Shown here in pieces: positions 1 to 10,875 of a stretch of DNA of 64,000 nt; the stretch's first letter is position 1, and each line of letters opens with the position of its first letter. The DNA is taken from positions 1 to 64,000 of the forward strand of contig QPMI01000544.1 in NCBI GenBank assembly GCA_004431415.1, read 5' to 3'. The notes under the pieces are model-generated. The model saw only the letters and a program-made list of their open reading frames with translations. It ran no database searches and had not been told where the DNA came from. The stretch comes from Cyanophora paradoxa CCMP329. Its lineage: Eukaryota > Plantae > Glaucophyta. The position numbers and the translations under genes were made by a program.

Positions 1-368
1 CCAAGGAGAAGAACGAGGAGGGGGCAGACCCCAAGATCGAGCTCCGCTGGACGCGCGAGGCCATCGAGTGCCTGCGCGAGGCCAGCGAGATGGTCCGCCG
101 CGTTGCGCCCCGCCCCGCCCCCTCTGACCCCAAGGGCGCGCTTCCCACGCTCGCTTGCCCCTCTCTGCAGCAACTCATCAAGCACTTTGAGGAGCGAACC
201 TCTTGGCGATCCACCGCAGGCGCATCACCATCCAGCCCAAGGTGCGGCCCCCGCCACGCAAGCCCCCTGCGCCCGACCCCCTGCCCCGCGCGCTCCTTCT
301 TCCAGGACATTCAGCTCGCCCGCCGCATCCGCGGCGGAGCCGCGACGACGGAGCCCACGGCCTCCTGA
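1..368 (+). CDS. Histone H3-family protein, CenH3-like, 3' part (exons 1-92, 171-241, 306-368; GT-AG introns 93-170 and 242-305); one-base frameshift near 194
   Basis: Spliced translation ...IELRWTREAIECLREASEM/QLIKHFE(fs)ANLLAIHRRRITIQPK/DIQLARRIRG matches the H3 histone fold. W in place of H3 F84 and a long loop 1 are CenH3 hallmarks. The middle exon is 71 nt, one base short of frame. Confidence 0.8.
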   Translation, partial: KEKNEEGADPKIELRWTREAIECLREASEMVRRVAPRPAPSDPKGALPTLACPSLQQLIKHFEERTSWRSTAGASPSSPRCGPRHASPLRPTPCPARSFFQDIQLARRIRGGAATTEPTAS

Positions 369-699
369 TCGCGACGCGGCGTCCAACAGCGGTCCGCCAG
401 AGGCCCGTCTCGGTCCGTCGCCCCTGCCTCCTCTCCTTCCCCCCTTTCCCGTACCCCCCCACCCCCCCCCACGCCGAGCCTCACCGGCGCGCGCGGCCGT
501 GGCCAGCTCCGGGCTTGGCCGAGAGCCGGCGAGCCTGGCGTCGCCCTCCCTCCCCTTCTCTCCCCTCCCCTCCCCCCCCCCCCCCCCTTTCCCCTCCTGT
601 TCTCTCCCGACTCGCCTCTCTCCTCGTGCGAGAGCACCGCTGCTTCTGTACAGCAATGACCACACCGCACGCATACCCCCGGGCCTGTCTAAGAGGCGC

Positions 700-1940
700 G
701 CGTCTAAGAGGGCGGCTTTGAGCGAAGCCTGACGTAAATGGAAACGCAGTCCCCCAGGGGCGAGCTGAGCGTGGCCGGAGGGAGAGAGGGGAGGGCGGCC
801 TTGAACAAAGCCTGGACTAAATGGGAAACGCAGTACCCCCAGGGGCGAGCTGAGCTTGGCCGAGAGAGAGGGAGGCGGCCTTGAGCAAGCCTGGACGTAA
901 ATGGAAACGCAGTACCCCCAGGGGGCAAGCTGAGCTTGGCCGGAGGGAGAGAGGAGAGAGAGGGGCAGCTTTGAGCGAAGCCTGGACGTAAATGGGAAAC
1001 GCAGTACCCCCAGGGGGCGAGCTGAGCTTGGCCGGAGGAGAGAGGAGAGAGGGGAGGGGCGGCCTTGAACAAAGCCTGGACGTAAATGGAAACGCAGTAC
1101 CCCAGGGAGCAAGCTGAGCTTGGCCGGAGGAAGAGGGGGGAGGGCGGCCTTGAGCAAAGCCTGGACGTAAATGGGAAACGCTGTACCCCCAGGGGCGAGC
1201 TGAGCGTGGCCGGGGGGGGGGGGGGGGGGGCGGGGGGCGCCTTGAGCAAAGCCTGGACGTAAATGGGAAACGCAGTACCCCCAGGGGGCGAGCTGAGCGT
1301 GGCCGGGAGAGACGGGAGAGGGGAGAGCAGAGAAATGCAGGGCCCCAGGCGAGCTCCCCCCTCCCTCTCTCCCCATCAGCCAAACGGAGCACAGATCGGC
1401 GATAGTCATCATGATCAATATTACCTGCACAAGCGAACGGTCCCGATACTCATCTTATCTAGAACTTCCAGCTTCTGAGCCTCACGATCAGCACCTAGAT
1501 TTCAATTAGCCCTAGGCCTTCTTTCTCCTATGGTCCGTCTCTCGCTTTCAATTTCATTCAAGCTCATGATCGATTTCGATATATATTGCCGCTGTCCAAA
1601 GTCGAATCTTTTTTGTGAAATCAAACTTCTGGCAACTCTCCTCCGCAGAGAGGAGGTCCCGGGTACGAAGTTTCCCATTATCGTCCAGGCCTCCCCTATG
1701 GCGGGGGGAACGCTCCGGATCTGCAGAGAGGAGGGCCCGGGGTACAGCGTTTCCCATTATCGTCCAGGCCTCCCCTATGGCGGGGGCTGCCCCGCAGAGA
1801 GGAGATCTGGGGGTACATCGTTTCCCATTATCGTCCAGGGCTCCCCTATGGCGGGGGCGCTCCGCAGAGAGGGGGGGGCGTGGGATACAGCGTTTCCCAT
1901 TATCGTCCAGGGCTCCCCTATGGCCGGGGCGCCCTGCAGA
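700..1940 (+). repeat. Composite site copy 1: 7 A-units (~80-95 bp period), AT-richer core (~1370-1645), 4 inverted B-units
   Basis: A motif CCTGGACGTAAATGGGAAACGCAGTACC at ~727, 811, 890, 981, 1075, 1160, 1252. B motif GGTACAGCGTTTCCCATTATCGTCCAGG, a near reverse complement of A, at ~1662, 1741, 1812, 1883. Confidence 0.93.
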
Positions 1941-4789
1941 TATAGAGAGCTCGAGGCCTCGGGTTCGATCCGCGACCGGGCTCGATCTCTTCTGGATCCG
2001 CGGGGCCCGGGGATTCCGGTCGCTTGCGCTTCTTCGGGGGCCGGGCCCGCGCGGCGCCCGCCGATCGCGAGCTCGAGCTCGCGCCGCGGCGCCCCCAGCG
2101 GGCGTCCAGCGCGCGCAGGACCGCGCCCGGGTCGGACGCGTACTGGGTGGAGAGCTGGCGTGCCGCCGCTGGACGATGCGGCTGCCGAGCGGGCCCTGGT
2201 ACGCGTCGAGGAACATGAGCAGGTCGAGGAGCTCAAAGTACGCCCCGAGTCGGGCGGCTCGCGCTCGGGGGCCACGTTCCAACGCGGCGGCGTTGGCGAG
2301 GCGCACGGTGGCCGCCGAGGCGGGGGGTCGACGGGGACCGTCCCGGATCCGACCCGGCCGCCGCGACGGCGTCGCTGCACTCGAGCACCGACCCGAGCAG
2401 CCGCGAGTACCCCACGAGGCGGCGCAGAGGGCACGCTCTCGCGTCGGGGTGCAGCGCGCCACGAGGCGGACAAGATCGAGATCCAGGGCGGCCGGCGCGC
2501 GCGCAGCGCCGGGCGGCAGATGTAGAGTCTGCGGGGTAGCGCCCGGGCGAGAGCGCGAGGTGGGGTGCGCATGCGGTTGCGTGGAGGTGCTCATGATGCC
2601 GTGCACGTGTGTGTGTTGTATGTAGCCGGCGGCGGGGAGGGCGGGGCGGAAGCTTAAGAGGTCTCGCTCCCCGCCCGCCCTGGTACGTATACAAATGAAA
2701 TGAGTATTCGATCCATTAGCGCGTGCGGCGAGATGAGACTCGACTCGCGATCGTGGCATGTGCATGCTGCATGCCGCCGCCGGCCGCCGAAAATCAGACT
2801 AGAACCGAATCTCGAACACGGTCGCATACTACGATATGTAGTTATTGGCCCGCGCGTCACCCGCCTCCCGACCCGGACGCGGATCCGCCTCGGAGCCTCG
2901 TCGCCGCGTTCTCCGCCCCCTCCTCCCCCTGTCGTCGTCTTCGTCTCGCCCCGAGGCGAGCGCCAGCACGGTTTCGTCAACGTGTAGCCCTCGGCGCTCC
3001 GCACGGCGTCCAAGATCGCGCCGAGACGCGCTTGGCGCCCTCGGCGTCGGCGGTTCGAAGAAGCGGACGGTCGAGACAAAGTCGATGGCGCTGATTCCCG
3101 TTCCCGTGACGCGAGCCAGGCCGGAAGCGGCGATGGTTCGGCGAGGTTCCTCAGATCCGTGTAGATTTCCGTCCTCTGCGCGGAAGCTCGAGCCGGAAGC
3201 CGACCGCCTCTGCGCCGCGTGTAAATTGCGAGTCAGCGTAAACGGGGATGCGTAGATGTGCGCGGATCTATATATATAGATTTAAATGCAGCGAGAAACC
3301 CGGAAATCGTAAAGTGCGCGGCGTGCGCTCAGCGACTTGACGATCTCGACCGAAACGAAAGCGAATCGAAACCAAAATTCAAAACGTGCACGTGCGCGAG
3401 CGATCACCCTCACGATCACGTACCGAGGATGGAATTGTACTTGCTTTCGACGTGCGTCTTCCTCCAGTACCCCAAAGCTTCGGTTGTTTCCGTGCTGGTC
3501 CCTGTACTTTCGTAGGCGCCGAGCACGGCGGCGGCGACGAGCATGATGGCCCGGATCCGATCGCGCCCCAGCTGCTGGACGCGCTCCAGCAGCTCCGCCC
3601 GCGCCTCGGCGTTTCCGTCGAGGCGCCTTCGACGAGGGCAATGCCACGCCGGCCGACAGGCCCATCTCGTACGCGGGCAGGCTCTCGGGTCCACCTTGGA
3701 GTCCTCCCCGCGGCGGCCCCTCGAGGCCCCCTCGAGCTCGTCTCGTCTCCCTGCGGCCTTCGGCGGCCGTCGCGAGGCCGCTTCCACGCGGCCGCGAGCT
3801 CGGCCTCGCGGGGATCGACGTCGTGATCGGGGCTGCCGGCGCGCGAGTCGGAGCCCGAGCCCGGATTGGAATTCGAAGCGACGGGAATCGACGCGTCGGC
3901 GTCCGAACGGGCCCCTTTGTCGGCCCCCCGACCCCCCGCTTTCCGCCGCCGCTCGAGCTCGCGACGGCCCCGCCAGCTGCAGCGCCGCCGCCGCCGGGGC
4001 CGCCGCCGCGCTTTGGGATCCGTCGACGCCTCGGCCCTTGGTCGGCTGCACCTGCCGCTGAAGCCGCAGGCGCCCGGCCTCCTCCTCGGAGCCCGAGCCT
4101 CCGGATTCTCTGCGGGTGGGTGTACGCGCAGTAGAGGATTTGACGAGCTTGTCGCTCTCGTAGGGTTTGCGCTCCGTCCTCCCGCCCCCCACTTGCTGCG
4201 CGCGCGTTTCGCGGGGGTACCGGCACCCGCGGCCCGGCCCACGGCCCCGGCCCCCGTGGCCGATCGCGATCGCGATCGCGAGCTCGAGCTAGCAGCGCTG
4301 GGGCCGGAATTGGAGCTGGAGGCCACGGCCGCCGCCGCGTCCGAATCCGGCTTCTTTCGTTTTCGCAGCCTCTCCGTCGCTGCAGCTGCGGCGGCGGCGC
4401 GACCATCGTCCGGATCCGCCGCCGGATCTTTCCCTGCAGCGCTCGCAGCGCTCCCGCTCGAGTCTGCGGGAGGCGGGCGCTGCGGCTGCGGCCGGGTCCG
4501 CGGTGGAATTCGGATTGGCGGGAGATCGCGTCACCGGCGCCTTGCCTTCCAGGCGCTCGAGCCGGGGCCGGCGCGATCGGATCGGAGCTTGCGGCGGCCT
4601 TGAGCTGCAATCGCCTGCATGCGCAGAGCTCGCGCTGGCCACGGAGGTGGAGGCCGTCGCGTCTGCCTCTTTCGGAGGAACTCTGGATCCGCGCCCTTGG
4701 CTCGCCGGACGCCTCCGAGGCCGGCGCGTGCGTGGGCGGATCGCGATCGGCGCCGGCGGATCCGGAACTCAGAGTCTGCTGCGCGTGCG

Positions 4790-5350
4790 CATGCTGCAGC
4801 TCGAGCTCGAGCTGCGCGACGCGCTCGCAGACGGAGACGAGCGCCTGCCTGGCGACGATTTCGGACGAGATCCAGCTCTGCGCGCTGCCGGCCCCTTCCT
4901 CGATAAAGGACATGTACGCCAGGTAGGCGTCGATGCGGAGGACGTCAGCAGATCCTCCGGGGCCCTGTGCCCCTCCTTGCACGCGGGGCACGTGAACGAG
5001 CGGCGGCATGCGCGGGCGCGTCCTCCGTCGTCGTCGTCGTCGGCTTTGGATTCAAATTGACGTCGACCCCGCATCCGCGTTTGCGGCGGTGGCCATGGGT
5101 CGCGATGGCGATCGGGTACGCGCCGGAGACGAGGGTGAGGGCGCACGTGAGGCACACGAACGAGGAGGACGCGCCCCGCGCAGGTCCTCCAGCGTCGGGC
5201 TGGGGTGCGTCTCGAGCGCCTCGCCGAGGGACGAGGCCCCGAGCGGCCAGGACGCGGGCGCGGCGCAGGGAGGAGGTACGCCGGCGGCGTCACGCTCTCC
5301 AGGCCGCACCGCGCGCACGAGGGGCGAAACGCACGGCTCGGATCCCGTCA
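4790..5350 (-). pseudogene. Frameshifted RING-like zinc-finger gene
   Basis: Across frames: SCARCGLESVTPPAYLLP(C)...FVCLTCALTL...FTCPACKEGH, the same Cys order as the N-terminus of the 35411-37789 ORF. Confidence 0.4.
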
Positions 5351-6301
5351 ATGCTTATAAACGTCGAAGCTGCACCTTGCCGGTCGGCCGTCAAACGACG
5401 GCCGCGCGAGCGCGAGAGCGTGGGCGGACGGTGGGCTCGAGGCCCAGCGCCAGCGGCCGCGACGCCGGCGCCCCGCTTCGAGTTCGGGCTCGCGGTGGAT
5501 CCGGATCCGGAGGCGCCGGCGGGCCCTTTCCAGTCGACATGTGTATGTGTTTTGTATCTTGCTGTTTTACAATTCGCGTCGACGTCTGAATTTGAAGCGG
5601 GCGATCACGGTCGGCGTGTGCGGGTGCGTCGCTTCGAATTCAAGCGCGAGGCTCGCAGTGGGATCATGGATCGTTTCACTGCGTCGACGTTCAACGGTTG
5701 CGGGTGCAACGTTGACCGCTGCTGCTGACTTGGGCTCCTTGCAATTGTATGCGTGTGCGGCGTAGCTATATAAACCGGGGTGCACGTGCACTGCGGGAGC
5801 TCGACCCGCGATCGGCGAGCTGGAGCACGCGTTGATTTTGTGCCACCTCGCACGTCTAGAACGGCCTGCACATGCGTCCGCACGCCTGCTTTTAGCCGCG
5901 CTCGGGCTCCCAGATGCATGGACGGTTTCGTATGTCTGCACCTGGCCACATTCAAATATTATTAATTTGAACGCTCACATTATTACCTGGCTACATAATT
6001 CGATGTTTGCTCATGCTCAGAGTTGAATTCGCTCGAATTCATGCTCACCTCGAATTCACATCCGACGCATTTAGATAGCTGTAGCTACAGCTACAGCTGC
6101 TGCGATGTATTATTGTTATCGATTAGACATCTGCAAGCTCAACCCGCACATATGCATATGTATGTTTCGCAATTGCAAGTCGATGTTCTCAATTACGCAA
6201 ACAATTGCCAGCGCAGAGACGTCGACAGAAACCGACCTCTAAGTTTGCCTCCCCGGCCTACAATTATCACTCATGGCCCAACAGAGTCGATTGTTATCGC
6301 T

Positions 6302-7822
6302 CATGGCCCAACAGAGTCGATTGCGAGTGTGAGTGCACAGGAGATCTAGAGCTCTACGCCTCCACGTCGGCGAGGGCGGCTGCGTGCACAGCGCCTCCAC
6401 TAGTACTGGCATTCAAGAGTCCAATCGCAACGAAATCGAGTCCGATTTCGATATCGATTACACGCGGGCCTCGGATACACGGGCCTACATCTACAGCTCT
6501 ACGCGTCCACGTCGTCGAGGACCGCGATGCGGACGGCGGGGTGCGCGCAGAGGATCTGGTACGCCTCGACAAAGGCGCCGCGGAGCTCGTCGCCCTCGAG
6601 AGGATGCGGCTCTCGAGGGAGTGTCGTGGACGGCGATGGGGTGCCGAACCGGATGCGGAGGAAGCGGTGCTCGTAGGCGGCGGCGGCGGCGGCGGCGCGC
6701 TGGAACGCGAGCCCTCTGTTCGAGACGACGACGAGCGTCTTCGTCACGCCGTCCCAGATGCGGCCAGGCGCGCGGTGGAGAACAGCGGCTCCTCGCGCAC
6801 GACGAGCGCGCGCGCCGTCTCGCAGCGCGTCGTGTCCATTGCGCAAACTTGCGGTTCTTCATCTCTTTCTCGCCGACATCCACGACGGCGTCGGCCCCGC
6901 CGGGCAGCAGCAGCTTGGCGACGGTGGTCAGGCAGTTGACGGCGAGCGTCTTTCCCGTGACGGTGAGCCCTCGATGGAGAGCGCCGTCTTTCGGAAGCCG
7001 TCGTTGCCTCCGCCGACGAGGGCGCGGCCGTAGAGGGCGAAGACGGCGAGGATCCGCCTGTCGGCAAAGCCCTGGTCGCGTAGCACGCGGACGAGAACGG
7101 TGTCGGCGCGCCCGACGTACACCGCGTCGCCAGGGTTTGCGAGGTCGATGTTCCAACGCGGCGTCGCGATCGCCATGATCGTGATGGCTCGGCGCGTCGC
7201 GCTAACTTGGAAACGTTGACGCGACGGGTGCGAGCGTGCTAGGTGCACGGCCGCGGTTTGCAGTGCGGAGCTCGCTCGGGGCCGCCTTTTATACTGCGGG
7301 CCGCGGCGGGCCCGCGAGAATTCGAATTTCCAAAGAGTTGACGGGGACGGGTACGCCCCTCGCGGTCGCTCATGATCGGACGGCCCTGCGTCGACGATCA
7401 TACGAGCGCCCGCGTTCGAACTCCTATATACAGCTACACGCGGACGCGCGTGCGAATTCAGAGACCATCGGACGAGCTCCCGATCGGGGCGTCGGCCCGA
7501 CGCCATGGCCCAACAGAGTCGATTGCAATTGCGAGTGTGAGTGCACAGGAGATCTAGAGCTCTACGCCTCCACGTCGGCGAGGGCGGCTGCGTGCACAGC
7601 GCCTCCACTAGTACTGGCATTCAAGAGTCCAATTAATCGCAACGAAATCGAGTCCGATTTCCGATATCGATTACACGCGGGCCTCGGATACACGGGCCTA
7701 CATCTACAGCTCTACGCGTCCACGTCGGCGAGGACCGCGATGCGGACGGCGGGGTGCGCGCAGAGGATCTGGTACGCCCCGACAAGTGTTTTTAAAGGGG
7801 CCGAGGAGCTCGTCGCCCTCGA
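6302..7822 (+). repeat. ~300 bp direct duplication (6302-6600 and 7503-7822)
   Basis: Both copies read CATGGCCCAACAGAGTCGATTGC...GAGATCTAGAGCTCTACGCCTCCACGTCGG...GGAGCTCGTCGCCCTCGAG with small indels. Confidence 0.9.
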
Positions 7823-7999
7823 GAGCTCGAGGGGTGCGGCGCTGGAGGCGGTGTCGTGGCGGGCGACGGCATCTGCATAAATACATATGGCTAGCTGTAG
7901 AAGCGCGCCTGCCCTCCTCCCGAGCCTCGCGATTCGCGATCACACGCATGCGCGAGCTCAGCCTCGCGCGCGATCGCCATCGATATCGCCAGCCGCCTC

Positions 8000-8970
8000 G
8001 CTCACGCGCACTACGGTACGGCGGCGCCCGCGGCGCCGGCCGCGGCTGGCATGGCCGAGTGTCCTGCGCCGCTAACCGCTCCTTGAAATCGCGCGCGGCC
8101 GCGCGCACCGCCGTCGCGAGACTCCCGCCGCGTGCGAGATCCTGCGAAAGCTCCAGCGTCGGGTCAAAGCCGACGTCGATTGCGCTCGCGGCGTCGACGG
8201 CTTGCTCGCAAGGGCCAGGGCGGCGACGGCGAGACTTTCGGGCGACCTCGAAAATGGCGGGGGCACGGCTCGCTGCGGTTCGGAAGAGCTCCTGCGCGCG
8301 GGCAATGGTCGCTCGGTCGAATTCAATGCGTCGTCCTATGGAACGGATGATCTCTTCCGTCATGCCGTACCCTGCCACCATTTGCTGACCGAATTGTGCG
8401 CTCAGGGAGCGGATCATGCGCTGCAGCTCGCCCCGAGTGAAAGAGGCCGTGCCGCCGCACGCGCACAGGTCGCCCTGCTCCAGAAACTCCCGGAGGAGGC
8501 GGGGATCCCGCGAATCTGGACGGCGGCGTACAGCGCGGCGATGGCGAGGACGTCGTAGCGCCGCCCGTTGACGATTCCCGTGCGCTCGTCGGACTCGCAC
8601 AGAATTTCAAAGGCCTGGAGCGCGACGCTCTCGGAAGCGACATGCGCTCCGCAATATCGTGCACGGTCGCGAGCAGGTTCTGGCGGTCCGCGCACGCGGA
8701 GCGCGCTCGGCACCGCGCCCGCCCTCGAGCTCGCCTCTGGCCGGCGCCGCGGCCGAGGCGTCCGTCGCCCGCGAGCGCGCCGCATTGGCGTTGCAAAGCA
8801 CACGTGCACGTGCTTGCCCATGTGCATTCCACGCACATTCCCCCATGCCCGCGTGTACGTGCGCAGCGCCGGGCCCTCGAACGCGACGCCCACGCACGCG
8901 CCGCAAACGGTGCACACCGGCCCTCGGGCGTGGACGCGACGAAAGGGTGCGGGCAGGTCTTGGATTCCAT
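8000..8970 (-). pseudogene. TFIIB-like transcription factor (Zn ribbon + cyclin-fold repeats), frameshifted
   Basis: MESKTCPHPFVASTPEG.VCTVCGACVG (Zn ribbon), then VHDIAERMSLP.ESVALQAFEIL...NGRRYDVLAIAALYAAVQIRGIP and IIRSIGRRIEFDRATIARAQELF, spread over three frames. Confidence 0.7.
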
Positions 8971-9272
8971 TTCCGGTCTGTGAAATGCGGTACGAGAGAG
9001 ATCGCGTCGTCTTTTATCCCTCGCTGCAATCGGGCCGACCGCGTCAGAAATCAAAGTTCCAAGTTCGCGCGTGGTCATGTATGCGCATCATACGATCAGC
9101 GCTGGCGACCCGGCATACGTGGTCATATGCATGGGCCGCGTGCACGTGCACGACGCCAACGACTCGAAGAATCGCTGCCGCATGCACGGTCGTGTGACGA
9201 GAACAAAGCAGGTGAATTCCGTTTGTTTCCACGTCTAAATGAAAATTTCGACACACGTGTACATGTACAAGG

Positions 9273-9770
9273 CTACGCGTGCATATGCGAGCAGCGAGGG
9301 TACGGTCTGCGCGAGACACGGCACGGAGCCGAGCAGCCTCGTAGAGGCGGCACGGAGGGCGAGGCCCCGTACGCGCGGCCGGCGGTGCGCCCATGGCCAT
9401 CCGGCTCCGCGTCAGAGTTGATGTGGGACCCCGACTCGTTCAGGATGCCGAGGGCCCGGCGCGCGGCGCTCCTCGGCCGCGGGAGCGACATGCGCTCCGC
9501 CGTCTCGCGCAAGGCGGTCAGCAGCTCTAGATCTCGGCCGTCTCGGTGGGCCTTGCAATTGGGCGACGTCGTCGAGCCGCCGCCGCGGCCGTCGGTTCCG
9601 GGCCCGTGCGCGTCGCGTTCGTTGAACGAATCGACGACCCTAGAGCCTGCGTATCCTCGCCCCTCAAACTCGAATTCGAACGCGACGCCCACGCACGCGC
9701 CGCAGACGGTGCACACCGGCCCCTCGGGCGTGGACGCGACGAAAGGGTGCGGGCAGGTCTTGGCTTGCAT
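9273..9770 (-). pseudogene. Truncated TFIIB-like paralog (Zn ribbon + first cyclin repeat)
   Basis: MQAKTCPHPFVASTPEGPVCTVCGACVGVAFE...LRETAERMSLPRP..ARRALGIL; frameshift relative to the sister copy near 9365. Confidence 0.6.
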
Positions 9771-10185
9771 TTCCGGACTGTGGAATGATGGATGGCAGTG
9801 CTCGACACGCTTATATCCCGGTGCCAGAGGGCCAGTTGCAACGCCGACAAAGGCGTGGGCACGTGTTGATTGAAACAATGAATTCAAACGTATACTCAAT
9901 ATGTATACATGCGATGTCATTATAATATAAGAACGCGCAGGGCTGGAATGTAGATGTCGTCCTCGAGCGTGCTCATGTATACGCATTATACGATCAGCGC
10001 TGGCGACCCGGCATATGTGCACGTGGTCATATGCATGGGCCGCGTGCACGTGCACGTGCACGACGCCAACGACTCGAAGAATCGCTGCCGCATGCACGGT
10101 CGTGTGACGAGAACAAAGCAGGTGAATTCCGTTCAAACGGTTTGTTTCCACGTCTAAATGAAAATTTCGACACACGTGTACAAGG

Positions 10186-10692
10186 CTACGCGTGCATATG
10201 CGAGCAGCGAGGGGTACGGTCTGCGCGAGACACGGCACGGAGCCGAGCGGCCTCGTAGAGGGCGGCACGGAGGGCGAGGCCCCCGTACGCGCGGCCGGCG
10301 GTGCGCCCATTGCCATGGCCATCCGGCTCCGCGTCAGAGTTGACGTGGGACCCCGACTCGTTCAGGATGCCGAGGGCCCGGCGCGCGGCGCTCCTCGGCC
10401 GTGGGAGCGACATGCGCTCCGCCGTCTCGCGCAAGGCGGTCAGCAGCTCTAGATCTCGGCCGTCTCGGTGGGCCTTGCAATTGGGCGACGTCGTCGAGCC
10501 GCCGCCGCGGCCGTCGGTTCCGGGCCCGTGCGCGTCGCGTTCGTTGAACGAATCGACGACCCTAGAGCCTGCGTATCCTCGCCCCTCAAACTCGAATTCG
10601 AACGCGACGCCCACGCACGCGCCGCAGACGGTGCACACCGGCCCCTCGGGCGTGGACGCGACGAAAGGGTGCGGGCAGGTCTTGGCTTGCAT
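10186..10692 (-). CDS. Truncated TFIIB-like paralog (Zn ribbon + first cyclin repeat)
   Basis: Same N-terminus, continuing GRAYGGLALRAALYEAARLRAVSR to a stop. Confidence 0.55.
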   Translation of the reverse strand: MQAKTCPHPFVASTPEGPVCTVCGACVGVAFEFEFEGRGYAGSRVVDSFNERDAHGPGTDGRGGGSTTSPNCKAHRDGRDLELLTALRETAERMSLPRPRSAARRALGILNESGSHVNSDAEPDGHGNGRTAGRAYGGLALRAALYEAARLRAVSRADRTPRCSHMHA

Positions 10693-10875
10693 TTCCGGAC
10701 TGTGGAATGATGGATGGCAGTGCTCGACACGCTTATATCCCGGTGCCAGAGGGCCAGTTGCAACGCCGACAAAGGCGTGGGCATGTGTTGATTGAAACAA
10801 TGAATTCGAACGTATACTCAATATGTATACATGCGATGTCATCATAATATAAGAACGCGCAGGGCTGGAATGTAG

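Noticed and set aside
700-1310. A and B arrays as CRISPR arrays
   Set aside because: Spacers are near-identical or differ only in GA-tract length; no cas genes; eukaryotic context.
2380-2500. F-box-like snippets (LDLDLVRLVAR here; LPLDVVRLACL at ~15070)
   Set aside because: Only partial motifs within frameshifted or low-complexity frames.
6890-6975. Ubiquitin-like fragment LTVTGKTLAVNC
   Set aside because: Too short, with no recognisable rest of the fold.
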